From the NCBI GenBank assembly GCA_963802385.1, contig CAWDIO010000015.1:73179-137178 (forward strand): a stretch of DNA of 64,000 bases. The letters run 5' to 3'. A program made the translations under genes and the position numbers. Source of the DNA: an uncultured Acidimicrobiales bacterium. GTDB taxonomy: Bacteria > Actinomycetota > Acidimicrobiia > Acidimicrobiales > VFJN01. Positions 12,061 through 23,255 of this stretch are shown one piece after another; within the stretch, counting starts at the first letter, position 1, and each line of letters opens with the position of its first letter. The notes below the pieces were generated by a model. That model had not been told where the DNA came from. It was given only the letters and a program-made list of their open reading frames with translations, and did no database searches.

Positions 12061-12726
12061 ACGATCGCTCGCCAGGTGGGCGACGTCGTTGAACCGCACC
12101 AGCTCCCAGCTCGGCTCGGCCCCGGGGCGGTACGGGTTGACCGCGAACCGGAACTCGGTGATGGAGGTGTTCTCGGGGCTGAACCACGCCCGCTGCTCGC
12201 GCTGGACGGACGGGTCGATGGCCAGGAAGCGGATCATGGCCTGCACGATGGGCCCGCCGTGGCTGGCGATCACGATCGTGCGGCCGGCATGCTGCTCGAC
12301 CAGCTCGTCGATGGCGCCGCGCACCCGATCGGCCATCTCGTTCCAGGTCTCGCTCCCGGGGACACGCCGGAAGTCGGGGTCCCACCCGGCCGGCGGGTAT
12401 GGATAGCGGGCCTCGAACTCGTCCCAGGGCAGCCCGTCGCCCTCGCCCGGGTGGTGCTCGCACAGCCCGCACTCCCGGCCGACCTCTACGCCCCCCAACA
12501 CGGGCGCCAGGATCTCGGCGGTCTGCACGGCCCGGGGCATGAGGCTGGAGTACAGCACCACGTCCTCGCCCAGCTCACCCGTCTCGGCCAGCCGGTCCCG
12601 CAGGGCAGCGACCTGCGCCAGGCCCCGCTCGGACAACCCGGTACACCCCTGGTGCCCGCCGACGATCCGTAGCTCCTGCGCCCGCGACTCACCGTGGCGC
12701 AGCATGACGATCCGCGTCCCGTCCAT
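12043..12726 (-). CDS. Histidine phosphatase (phosphoglycerate mutase) family protein
   Basis: LRHGES, RAVQTA, SHGG, ENTSIT and FNDVAHL motifs. Confidence 0.88.
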   Translation of the reverse strand: MDGTRIVMLRHGESRAQELRIVGGHQGCTGLSERGLAQVAALRDRLAETGELGEDVVLYSSLMPRAVQTAEILAPVLGGVEVGRECGLCEHHPGEGDGLPWDEFEARYPYPPAGWDPDFRRVPGSETWNEMADRVRGAIDELVEQHAGRTIVIASHGGPIVQAMIRFLAIDPSVQREQRAWFSPENTSITEFRFAVNPYRPGAEPSWELVRFNDVAHLASDRSGLVA

Positions 12727-12802
12727 GCGCCCCAAACTACTGGGGCTCCCCCAGCCGCCCGAAGGCAGTTCTCCGGACGGCTGGGGAACCCTGGTTGGGG
12801 GT

Positions 12803-14526
<1,724 letters not shown>

Positions 14527-14553
14527 TTAGCACTCGTCGAATGTGAGTGCTAG
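14527..14553. promoter_or_regulatory. CIRCE element (HrcA operator) 1
   Basis: TTAGCACTC-N9-GAGTGCTAG upstream of groEL. Confidence 0.95.
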
Positions 14554-14571
14554 CCAGTCAAGCACGCCGAA

Positions 14572-14598
14572 TCAGCACTCGCAACATACGAGTGCTAA
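14572..14598. promoter_or_regulatory. CIRCE element (HrcA operator) 2
   Basis: TCAGCACTC-N9-GAGTGCTAA. Confidence 0.93.
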
Positions 14599-14669
14599 CG
14601 CAAAGGTGCTTCCCGCTCTTGGCGCCAGAGGCGCCGGGCCGCTCGGGCCACGGCGACGCAAGCGCCGCC

Positions 14670-14945
14670 TCAGCCTCCCGCGACCGCAGGGATGATGGAG
14701 ACCGTCTCGCCGTCGGGGACCGGCGTGTCGAGCCCTGCGAGGAAGCGGATGTCGTCGTCCGCCACGAACACGTTCACGAAGCGGCGCAGCTTGCCGTCGT
14801 CGTCGAGCAGCCGGTCGGCGAAGCCGGGATGGGCGCCGTCGAGGCTGGCCAGCACGTCACGCACGTTGGCGCCTTCGAGCGACACCTCGGACTGGCCGCC
14901 GGTGAGGGTGCGCAGCGTGGTGGGGATGCGAACGGAGACACTCAT
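14670..14945 (-). CDS. MoaD/ThiS-family ubiquitin-like sulfur carrier
   Basis: 91 aa, RRFVNVFV, C-terminal IIPAVAGG. Confidence 0.92.
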   Translation of the reverse strand: MSVSVRIPTTLRTLTGGQSEVSLEGANVRDVLASLDGAHPGFADRLLDDDGKLRRFVNVFVADDDIRFLAGLDTPVPDGETVSIIPAVAGG

Positions 14946-14948
14946 CGC

Positions 14949-15980
14949 TCAAGGTCCTTGCTCGGGGTCAGCGCGCCGCATCGTATCTGTGCGACGGAAA
15001 ACCTCCCCAGCCGCCGCCTCGATGCACGCGAGCGTGTCGCGGTGGGCGCGGTCCTCGCCGAAGCGCTCGACCAGCGAGACGACGCCGACCCCCTCGGGCA
15101 CCGCGCCGGGGTGGTCCACCACCTCGCCCACGATGGCCACGCACGGCACCCCGGCCTCGGCCGCCAGCTCGACCACGCCGCCCACGACCTTGCCCTCGAA
15201 GGACTGCTCGTCGAGAAAGCCCTCCGCCGTGACCACCAGGTCGGCGCCGACCACCAGCTCGTAGAGGCCCACCTCCTCGGCCACCACCTCGAAGCCCGGG
15301 TGCAGCGACGCCCCCGCCACCGCCAGGCCGCCGGCCAGCCCGCCCGCCGCGCCCGCGCCGGCCAGCGAGCGCACGTCGATGCCGTGGTCGGCCAGGTACA
15401 CGTCGGCCAGGCGCTCCAGCCGGCGCCGCAGCAGCTCGACCTGGGCGGCCGAGGCGCCCTTCTGGGGGGCGTAGACCTGGGCGGCGTCCACGAACCCCGT
15501 CCGCACGTCGCACAGCGCCACCAGCTCGATCCCTGCCAGCCGGTGCAGCGGGTAGAGCGACCGCAGCGCCGCCAGGCCGCCGTCGGTGGTGGCCGAGCCG
15601 CCCAGCCCCACCAGCACCCGCCGGGCCCCGGCGTCCACCGCGGCCGACACCAGCTCGCCGGTCCCCACCGTGGAGGCGCCGATGGGGTCGTTGCCCTCGG
15701 CCCCGCCCGCCAGCACCAGGCCCGAGGCCCGGGCCATCTCCACCACCGCGGTGCGCCCGTCGAGCCGCCACTCGGCGGCCACCGGCTCGCCCAGGGGACC
15801 GGTCACCATGGTCGTGCGGTTGGGGCCGCCCAGCACGTCGAGCGTGCCCTCGCCGCCGTCGGCCACCGGCGCCTGATCGCACTCCCAGCCGGCGGCGGCC
15901 GCGGCGCGGCCCACCGCCGCCGCCACCTCCTGGGCCGTGGCGGTGCCGCGCATCTTGTCGGGAGCGACGACCACACGCAC
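14949..15980 (-). CDS. glxK: Glycerate kinase (GlxK family)
   Basis: [53 protein letters not shown]. Confidence 0.9.
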   Translation of the reverse strand: MRVVVAPDKMRGTATAQEVAAAVGRAAAAAGWECDQAPVADGGEGTLDVLGGPNRTTMVTGPLGEPVAAEWRLDGRTAVVEMARASGLVLAGGAEGNDPIGASTVGTGELVSAAVDAGARRVLVGLGGSATTDGGLAALRSLYPLHRLAGIELVALCDVRTGFVDAAQVYAPQKGASAAQVELLRRRLERLADVYLADHGIDVRSLAGAGAAGGLAGGLAVAGASLHPGFEVVAEEVGLYELVVGADLVVTAEGFLDEQSFEGKVVGGVVELAAEAGVPCVAIVGEVVDHPGAVPEGVGVVSLVERFGEDRAHRDTLACIEAAAGEVFRRTDTMRRADPEQGP

Positions 15981-16028
15981 AGTCGGTCAGTGTTGCCGAT
16001 CCGGGCCGGGCAGTAGCGTGGACCACTC

Positions 16029-17411
16029 GTGGAACGTCCCGTCGAACGTGCGGTGGTGGTCGTGTCGAACCGCGGGCCGCTGTCGTTCCGGGAGGACGAC
16101 GACGGCACCCTGGTGGCCCGCCGGGGGGCAGGCGGCCTGGTGTCGGGCCTGGGACCGCTGCTGGCCGGGACGGACGCGCTGTGGGTGGCCGCGGCCATGT
16201 CCGACGGCGACCGCAAGGCCGCGGCCGCGGGCGTGGTGGACGCGGAGGACTTCCACGTGCGGCTGCTGGCGGTCGACCCCGAGGCCTACCGGCTGGCCTA
16301 CGACGTGGTCAGCAACCAGGTCCTGTGGTTCGTGCACCACGGGCTCTACGACCTGCCCCGGGCTCCGGCGTTCGGCGCCGAGCTGCGGGAGGCGTGGCAC
16401 GCCTACCGGGTGGTGAACGAGGCGTTCGCCGACACGGTGGCCGAGGTGGCGCCCGCGGGCGCGGCCGTGCTGATCCAGGACTACCACCTCGGCCTGCTCG
16501 GGCTGGGCCTGGCCGAACGGCGCCCCGACCTGGCCGCGGTCCACTTCAGCCACACCCCGTTCGCCACCCCGACCTGGCTGCGGGTGCTGCCCGAGCACAT
16601 CGCCGGCGAGGTGCTGTCGGGGCTGGCGGCGCACCGGGCCTGCGGCTTCCACACCCGGGGGTGGGCCGCCGACTTCCTGGCCTGCACCCGGGAGGTGCTG
16701 GCCCTGTCCCCCGCCACGTTCGTGTCGCCTCTGCCCACCGACGCGGACGACGTGCTGCGCGCCGCGGCCTCGCCCGCCTGCGACGCGGCGCTGGCCGAGA
16801 TCGAGGAGGAGGTGGGCGATCGGCGGGTCATCGCCCGGGTCGACCGCATCGAGCTGTCCAAGAACCTGCTGCGGGGCTTCCTGTCCTTCGACGACCTGCT
16901 GGCGCGCCGGCCCGAGTGGCGCGAGCGGGTGGTGTTCGTGGCCTCGGTCTACCCGTCACGCACCGGCGTCCCCGCCTACCTGGACTACCAGGACGAGGTG
17001 GAGCAGCTGGTCGCCCGGGTCAACGAGCGCTGGGCGACCGCGGGGTGGACGCCCATCGTCTACGACACGCGGGACGACTACCCCCGGTCGGTGGCGGTGC
17101 TGCGCCGGGCCGACGTGCTGCTGGTCAATCCCATCCGGGACGGGCTCAACCTGGTGGCCAAGGAGGGCGGCATCGTCAACCAGCGGGACGCGGTGCTGTG
17201 CCTGTCCCGCGAGGCGGGCGTGTGGGACGAGGTGGGCGAGGCCGCGGTCCAGGTCCCGCCGTTCGACGTGGCCGGGACGGCCGACGCCCTCGACCTGGCC
17301 CTGCGCATGCCCGCCGGGGAGCGCCGGGCCCGCGCCCAACTGCTGCGCACCCTGGCCGCGGCCCGCAAGCCGGCCGACTGGCTGGCGGACCAGCTGGCCG
17401 CGGCCGGTTAG
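16029..17411 (+). CDS. otsA: Trehalose-6-phosphate synthase (GT20)
   Basis: VSNRGP, GGLVS, IQDYHL, HFSHTPF, RVDRIELSKN, RDGLNLVAKE. Confidence 0.88.
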   Translation: MERPVERAVVVVSNRGPLSFREDDDGTLVARRGAGGLVSGLGPLLAGTDALWVAAAMSDGDRKAAAAGVVDAEDFHVRLLAVDPEAYRLAYDVVSNQVLWFVHHGLYDLPRAPAFGAELREAWHAYRVVNEAFADTVAEVAPAGAAVLIQDYHLGLLGLGLAERRPDLAAVHFSHTPFATPTWLRVLPEHIAGEVLSGLAAHRACGFHTRGWAADFLACTREVLALSPATFVSPLPTDADDVLRAAASPACDAALAEIEEEVGDRRVIARVDRIELSKNLLRGFLSFDDLLARRPEWRERVVFVASVYPSRTGVPAYLDYQDEVEQLVARVNERWATAGWTPIVYDTRDDYPRSVAVLRRADVLLVNPIRDGLNLVAKEGGIVNQRDAVLCLSREAGVWDEVGEAAVQVPPFDVAGTADALDLALRMPAGERRARAQLLRTLAAARKPADWLADQLAAAG

Positions 17412-17960
17412 CCGGCCGTGGTGAGGTCGGCGGCGCCGAAGGCCGAGTCGAAGCGGTCGCACCAGATCACGACGCTGGCGTAGCGGGTGGGGTCGACACC
17501 GGCCGGGAGCTCGTAGTTCTGGTCGCCGATGTTGCCCTGGAGCCGGCCGAGGCTGGTGTACTCGTCGTCGAACGCGCCCTCGGGACCGCCGGCCGGGTTG
17601 GCCGAGAGGTACACGAACACGTCGGGCCCGTTCTCGGTCTCGAACCCCTCGAGCCGTACGAACCGCCGCCCGTCCACCAACTCCAGGACCCGCACGGCCC
17701 CCGTGGTGGTGTGGTCGAGCGACACGAAGCCGCCGGTCAGCAGGTCCACCGGCTCCGGCGGGACCGTGGGCGCGACCGACGACCCCGGCGTGTCGCCGGA
17801 CGGCGCCGAGCGCGACGACGACACCCGCGCCGATCCACACCCGCCGCCGACGCTGCCGGCCGGGACTTGCCGGTGCCGCGATGCCCGCGTCAATCGGGAT
17901 GGGTGCCGGTCGCCACACGCGAACGTTACGACCGCGAGCGCCGCCGGGGTCCCCCGCCAC
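17408..17960 (-). CDS. DM13 domain protein; 5' part disrupted or uncertain
   Basis: HTTTG, NGPDVFVYLS, LGRLQGNIGDQNYELP, VVIWCDRFDSAFG. Confidence 0.8.
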
Positions 17961-18025
17961 TCCGTGAGTTCCCCGGATCGTAAGGCCCCACCCACCGACC
18001 CCTGGGGATCACGCCCCTCAGGTCA

Positions 18026-18773
18026 CTAGCCCAGCCGGCGCAGCAGGTCGAGGACACCGGCGGGGTCGTCGACGCTGACGTCGGCCCGGTCCACCAGCTC
18101 GGGCGGCGTCTCCGGCCCGGCCACCGCCACCCGCAGCGCGTGCACGCCCGCCGCCGCCAGGCGGTCGAGCGCGTCGAAGGCGGGCAGGTCGCCGCGGTCG
18201 TCGCCGACGTAGCAGACGGCCGCCAGCCCGGCGGTGAGGGCCTCCACGGCCGTGCCCTTGTCGGCGGCGATGGGCGGGTGGAGCTCGACCGACATCTTGG
18301 CCGGGCGGGCCACCAGGCCCGAGCGGGCGGCCTGGGCCTCGGCCCACGCCTGGACCGCGGGGGCGAGGTCGGGCCGGGTGCGGTAGTGGAGGGTGAGCGA
18401 CAGGCCCTTGGGCTCGACCACCATGCCGTCCGGTCCCCGGTCGGCGGAGATGCGGGCCACGTCGGCCACGGCCTCCCGCCAGGCGCCCGCGCCCCGCACG
18501 TCGCTGCGGACGCCGTCCTGCACCACCTCCAGCCCGTACAGCCCCGACAGCGACCACGCTGGGCGGCAGCAGCGGCAGCAGGAACTCGACCGGACGGCCC
18601 GACATCACCGCCACCAGCCCCAGGCGGTGGGCCAGGTGGTCCAGGAGCTCCGCGGCGCCCTCGACCGGCCGCGCCTCGGCCGGGACGTCCACGATGGGCG
18701 ACAGCGTGCCGTCGAAGTCCAGCACCACCGCCGCCAGGGCGGGGCGCTCGAGGAACGGCGCCAGCGGGTCCAC
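18026..18773 (-). CDS. otsB: Trehalose-6-phosphate phosphatase (HAD), frameshift near 18555
   Basis: LDFDGTLSPIV, SGR, VEPK..LTLHYR, DKG, GDDRGD. Confidence 0.9.
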
Positions 18774-18791
18774 GTCGCCGCGGCCGGGGGG

Positions 18792-19316
18792 CTAGCCCTC
18801 GGCGACGTCGGTGCCCAGCAGCACCAGGATGTTCGCCCCGGCCAGGTCGACCGGCGGCGGGTCGGTCATCGGCTTCACCGACTCGGGCGGCAGGCCCAGC
18901 TCGGTGGCCATGCGGGCGGCCTCCTGCTCGAACCCGGCGGTGGGCAGGATCTCGGTGGTCGACAGCTCCATGCCGTCGGGGGCGTTGGCGGCCGGGGCCG
19001 TGAGGTAGCCGGCCGCGGTCAGCCGCTCGGTCTGGGTGGCGGCCGCCCCCTGCACCCCCGAGGCGTTGGCCACGATGACCGTGACCTCGTTCTGCGGCCG
19101 GATCGGCACCGCGGTGGTGTCGCTCCCGGCCGGGGCCGTGGTGTCGGCGGCCTCGTCGCTGCTGGGCGTCTCGCTCTCGATCACGATCCCCGAGCCGCTG
19201 TCGTCGATGGCGCGGAGCAGGAAGAAGCCCAACACGGCGGCCACGGCCACCAGGACCACGCCCCGGACGGGGTTCGGGCGGGTCGGTCCTGTCGGCGGTC
19301 GCTCGGTCGTCTGCAT
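18792..19316 (-). CDS. LytR C-terminal domain membrane protein
   Basis: N-terminal TM helix, VIVANASGVQGAA and terminal VLLGTD. Confidence 0.8.
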   Translation of the reverse strand: MQTTERPPTGPTRPNPVRGVVLVAVAAVLGFFLLRAIDDSGSGIVIESETPSSDEAADTTAPAGSDTTAVPIRPQNEVTVIVANASGVQGAAATQTERLTAAGYLTAPAANAPDGMELSTTEILPTAGFEQEAARMATELGLPPESVKPMTDPPPVDLAGANILVLLGTDVAEG

Positions 19317-19330
19317 GCGGCTGGTCCTCC

Positions 19331-19588
19331 TCAGCGCCCGTGGCCGAACGTCGGTCCGCCCTCGACCCGGGCCCGGCGGCGCTCGTGGCGGGCGCGGCGC
19401 AGCCGGTGGACCACGAGCGGGTCGTAGCCCTCGGCCTCGGGGTCGTCGAGAAGCCGGCTCAACAACTGGTAGTAGCGGGTGGGAGAGAGGTCGAGGTGGT
19501 CGCGGATGGCCTCCCCCTTGGTCGAGGGGAGCAACCACCACCCTCGCTCGAAGTCGAGGATCGCCCGGTCACGATCGCTGAGTGCCAC
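19331..19588 (-). CDS. DUF3263 domain protein
   Basis: ILDFERGWW, K..AIR, SPTRYYQLL, DPLVVHRLRR. Confidence 0.88.
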   Translation of the reverse strand: MALSDRDRAILDFERGWWLLPSTKGEAIRDHLDLSPTRYYQLLSRLLDDPEAEGYDPLVVHRLRRARHERRRARVEGGPTFGHGR

Positions 19589-19678
19589 TCGGGTAAGGCT
19601 GGCCCGCTGTCCTACGCGATGCAAGCACCCCCCGCGGCCGCCCGGCCGCAGGCGGCGGGCCGGTATCGTCCGGAGGCC

Positions 19679-19752
19679 GCCCGAGTAGCTCAGCCGGCCA
19701 GAGCAGGCGCCTTGTAAGCGTCAGGTCGCGGGTTCGATTCCCGCCTCGGGCT
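19679..19752 (+). tRNA. tRNA-Thr (anticodon UGU)
   Basis: Full cloverleaf: acceptor GCCCGAG/CTCGGGC, D-arm GCTC/GAGC, anticodon loop CT-TGT-AA, T-loop TTCGATT. CCA is not encoded. Confidence 0.95.
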
Positions 19753-20654
19753 CAACGCCGCTGGCGCGCGATCTCGAAGCAGGCCAGCGCGGCCGCGGCC
19801 GACACGTTCAGCGAGCCGAGGGCGCCCCGCAGGGGGATGGCCACGACCTCGTCGCAGCGCTCGCGCACCAGACGGGACAGGCCCCGGCCTTCCGCCCCCA
19901 GCACCAGGCACACGGGCCCGTCCGCCCCGACCAGGTCGTAGAGGCTGGTGCTCGCGGCGCCGTCGAGGCCCACCACGTGGATGCCCTGGTCCCGCAGCCG
20001 GGCTACCGCCGCCGGCAGGCCCCCGACAACGGCGATGGGCACGTGCTCGACGGCCCCGGCCGCGGCCTTGGTGGCCGCCGGGGTGACGTGGACGGCGCGG
20101 TGGCGGGGCAGGATCGCCCCGGTCACCCCCGCGCACTCGGCCGAGCGCAGCACGGCACCGAGGTTGCCCGGATCGGTCACGCCGTCCAGGGCGATCAGGA
20201 AGGGCGCCGGTCCCCGCACCAGGTCGTCGAGGTCGGCCTCGGGGAGCGGCGCGGCCAGCGCCAGCACCCCCTGGGGCGCCTCGCAGCGGGCCTGGGCGGC
20301 GAAGCGGCCCTTGCTCACCGGGAGAACGTTCACCCGCTGGGAGGCGGCCAGCTCGCGGATGTCCCCGAGGATGGGGGCGTCGTCGCCCTCGTCCACCATC
20401 CACACCTCGCGGACCCGGCGCCGGCCCGCCAGCAGCAGCTCGCGCACCGCCTGGCGGCCCTCCACCTGGTCGCCCCCGAGCCCCCGGCGGGCGGTCGTCT
20501 TTCCGCCGCGGCGCCCGGTGCCGCCCGGGGCGGGCGGCGGCCCTGCGGCGCGGCGGGACGCGGGCTGGCGGGTGGTGGGTGGGCGGGGCTTGGGCTGGCG
20601 CGGCTGGGAACGCCGCCCGTCGCCCGAGCGCCGACCGCCACGGGGCGGGCTCAC
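19752..20654 (-). CDS. rlmB: 23S rRNA Gm2251 2'-O-methyltransferase (SpoU family)
   Basis: EGRQAVRE, QGV, LDGVTDPGNLGAVLRSA, GAEGRGL, SLNVS. Confidence 0.9.
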   Translation of the reverse strand: MSPPRGGRRSGDGRRSQPRQPKPRPPTTRQPASRRAAGPPPAPGGTGRRGGKTTARRGLGGDQVEGRQAVRELLLAGRRRVREVWMVDEGDDAPILGDIRELAASQRVNVLPVSKGRFAAQARCEAPQGVLALAAPLPEADLDDLVRGPAPFLIALDGVTDPGNLGAVLRSAECAGVTGAILPRHRAVHVTPAATKAAAGAVEHVPIAVVGGLPAAVARLRDQGIHVVGLDGAASTSLYDLVGADGPVCLVLGAEGRGLSRLVRERCDEVVAIPLRGALGSLNVSAAAALACFEIARQRR

Positions 20655-21157
20655 GGCCGGGCCCCCGCGACCAGGGCGACGGCCAGGCACGCGACGCCCT
20701 CGGCCCGGCCCAGGGCGCCCAGCCCCTCGGCCCGCTTGCCCTTGACGGTGACCGGGGCGCCCACGGCCGCCGAGAGGCGCTCGCACATGGCGGCGCGCTG
20801 GGGGGCGAGGCGGGGCGCCTCCAGGACGACGGTGCAGTCGACGTTCTGCGGGTGCCAGCCCGCCGCCCGGAGGTCGGCCACGGCCCGGCACAGCAGCTCG
20901 ATGGAGTCGGCGCCCGCCCACGCCGGGTCGGTGTCAGGGAAGTGCTGGCCGATGTCCCCCAGGCCCGCCGCGCCCAACAGGGCGTCGGTGACCGCGTGGG
21001 CCACCACGTCGGCGTCGCTGTGGCCGGCCAGGCCCGGGCCCTCGGGGAACGCCACGCCGCCGAGCACCAGGGGGCGCCCGGGGTCGTCGGAGAAGGGATG
21101 GAGGTCGAAGCCCTGCCCCACCCGGAGGGCCGGCCCCGGCGGCGGATCAGCGGGCAC
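20651..21157 (-). CDS. ispF: 2-C-methyl-D-erythritol 2,4-cyclodiphosphate synthase
   Basis: RVGQGFDLH, GHSDADV, DALLGAAGLGDIGQHFP. Confidence 0.93.
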   Translation of the reverse strand: MPADPPPGPALRVGQGFDLHPFSDDPGRPLVLGGVAFPEGPGLAGHSDADVVAHAVTDALLGAAGLGDIGQHFPDTDPAWAGADSIELLCRAVADLRAAGWHPQNVDCTVVLEAPRLAPQRAAMCERLSAAVGAPVTVKGKRAEGLGALGRAEGVACLAVALVAGARP

Positions 21158-21826
21158 GGAGCAGTGCCTCCGCCACGATGAGGTCCGACGGGTTGGTGAT
21201 CTTGAGGTTGAGCGGCGAGCCGTCCACGACGACCACCTTGCCACCCGCCGCCTCCACGAGCGATGCGTCGTCGGTGGCCTCGGGCTCGTCCCGGTGCGCG
21301 CGGCGCAGGGCGGCCGCCCGGAACGCCTGGGGCGTCTGCACCGCCACCAGCCCGTCCCGGTCGGCGACGCCGCCCGAGCGCCAGCGCAGCGTGTCGGCCA
21401 GGGGCACGCCCGGCACCGCAGCGTCGGCCCCCGCCCTCACCGCGGCCACCACCGCAGCGAACAGGTCGGGCCCCGCCAGCGGCCGGGCGCCGTCGTGCAC
21501 CACCACCACCTCCGCATCCGCGGGGACCAGCGCCAGCCCGGCCCGCACCGAGGCGGAGCGGCTGTCGCCCCCCGCGGCCACGGCTTCGGCGGCGGGCTCC
21601 CCGGCCAACGGTCGGTGGCGGCCTCGGAGGCCAAGGCGTCGGTGGCGGCCTCCCAGGCCGCGATGTCGGCGCTCGGCAGCACCACTACGACGCCTTCGGA
21701 CACGGTGCGTGCCGCGTCCAGCGACCAGTCGAGCACCCGACGGCCGCCCAGCGGCTCGAACTGCTTGGGGGCACCGAACCGGCTCCCCGAGCCGGCCGCC
21801 ACCACGATGGCCCACACCGATCCCAT
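21147..21826 (-). CDS. ispD: 2-C-methyl-D-erythritol 4-phosphate cytidylyltransferase, frameshift near 21610
   Basis: AAGSGSRFG..KQF, VHDGARP, QTPQAF, TDDA, NLKIT. Confidence 0.92.
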
Positions 21827-21909
21827 GACCGGCCGGAGGCTACCGCTGTCGACCCGGTCGGAGGCCCGTCAAGGACTTACCGTCCCCACGTCGTTATCGT
21901 TTGCCCGTG

Positions 21910-22569
21910 ATGACGCCCGCCGACCTTCTCGCCGACGTCGACTTGTTCGGCGACCTGACACCCGAGGAACGCCAGCAGCTGGCCGACGCCAGCACCACCG
22001 AGGAGCTTCGCCGCGGCGACGTGCTGTTCCACGAGGACGACGAGGCCGACACCCTGTACCTGGTGATCGAGGGCCGCATCGCCATCGCCAAGCGCTCGAT
22101 CGACGGGCGCGAGTCGGTGGTGGCCCTCATGGAGGCGGGCGACCTGTTCGGCGAGATGTCCCTGTTCGAGCCGCTCGGGCGGTCGGCCGAGGCCCGGGCG
22201 CTGGAGCCGTCGCAGGTGCTGGCGATCGGCTACGGGCCCATCCGCGAGGTCTACGAGCGCCGCCCCGTGCTGCTGTGGGGCGTGGTCGAGCTGCTGGCCG
22301 GGCGGGTCCGCACCATGGACGTGGCGCTGGCCGACTCGGTGTTCCTGGACGTCACGGGACGCACGGCCAAGCGCCTGGTGGAGATGGCGTCCGGCGCCGA
22401 CGAGTTCACGCTGCCGGTCACCCAGGAGGAGCTGGCGGCCATGGTCGGCGCCTCCCGGGAGCGGGTCAACAAGGCCATCGCCAGCTTCGTCCGGCTGGGC
22501 TGGATCGAGCAGTCCGAGCGCCGCTACCGCATCACCGACCGCGAACAGCTCGAACGCCGCGCCCGCTGA
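21910..22569 (+). CDS. Crp/Fnr-family transcriptional regulator (cNMP-binding domain plus HTH)
   Basis: FGEMSLF, RSA, TQEELAAMVGASRERVNKA. Confidence 0.92.
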   Translation: MTPADLLADVDLFGDLTPEERQQLADASTTEELRRGDVLFHEDDEADTLYLVIEGRIAIAKRSIDGRESVVALMEAGDLFGEMSLFEPLGRSAEARALEPSQVLAIGYGPIREVYERRPVLLWGVVELLAGRVRTMDVALADSVFLDVTGRTAKRLVEMASGADEFTLPVTQEELAAMVGASRERVNKAIASFVRLGWIEQSERRYRITDREQLERRAR

Positions 22570-22602
22570 CGCCCGTCCTCAGCGCGTCCGCAGGGAGGCC
22601 GG

Positions 22603-23253
22603 TCAGCCGGTGAGGTGGGCGACGGCGCGGGACCAGGCGTCGGCGGCGTCGTCGGGGCGGTGGGCGGGGCGGCTGGGGTCGTGGGCGAAGCCGTGGTCGG
22701 CGCCCTCGTAGCGGACCACCTCCACGCCCGCCTGCTCCAGGGACGCCAGGTCGGGGGCGCTCACCCAGGGGTCCTCGGTGCCCGCCAGCTCCAGCGTCGG
22801 GCACCGGTCCGCAGCCAGGGCCGCGAGGGGCTCGCCCTGGGTGGGGCTCCGCCACATGTCCGGGACGCGGCCCATGCCGTAGAACGAGACCGCCCGGTCG
22901 AAGCGGCCGGTGCCGGTGGCCTTGAGGGCGTACATCCCGCCCATGCAGAACCCGAGGACGCCGACCGGCTCGACCCCGGTGGCGTCGGCCGCGGCCACGG
23001 CGTCGGCCAGGACCCGGTCGTCCTCCAGGGTGCCGCCCGACTCCAGGCGCTCGGGCAGCGGGAGGTCCTCGCGGCCGGGCCACAGCTCGACGGCGCACAC
23101 CACCCAGCCGTTCTCGCCGGCCAGGCGGGCGGCGTGGTCGTCGAACAGGGGGCGCAGGCCGCCGATGTCGGGCAGGACCACCAGGCCGCGGGTGGCCTCG
23201 CCGGGCGGTCGGGCGAGCTCGGCGGGCGTGCCGGACGGGAGCGTGATGCGCAC
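22603..23253 (-). CDS. Dienelactone hydrolase family protein
   Basis: PDIGGLRP, GFCMGG, DPW, ADHGF. Confidence 0.88.
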   Translation of the reverse strand: MRITLPSGTPAELARPPGEATRGLVVLPDIGGLRPLFDDHAARLAGENGWVVCAVELWPGREDLPLPERLESGGTLEDDRVLADAVAAADATGVEPVGVLGFCMGGMYALKATGTGRFDRAVSFYGMGRVPDMWRSPTQGEPLAALAADRCPTLELAGTEDPWVSAPDLASLEQAGVEVVRYEGADHGFAHDPSRPAHRPDDAADAWSRAVAHLTG

Positions 23254-23255
23254 GC

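Noticed and set aside
19679-19760. tRNA-anchored genomic island
   Set aside because: I saw no integrase and no duplicated tRNA 3' end, and the flanking genes are core genes.
19977-22613. Long antisense or alternate-frame ORFs (also 28468-31305, 51670-54708, 6686-9100)
   Set aside because: These are shadow ORFs expected at very high GC. They overlap well-supported genes and show no recognisable motifs.
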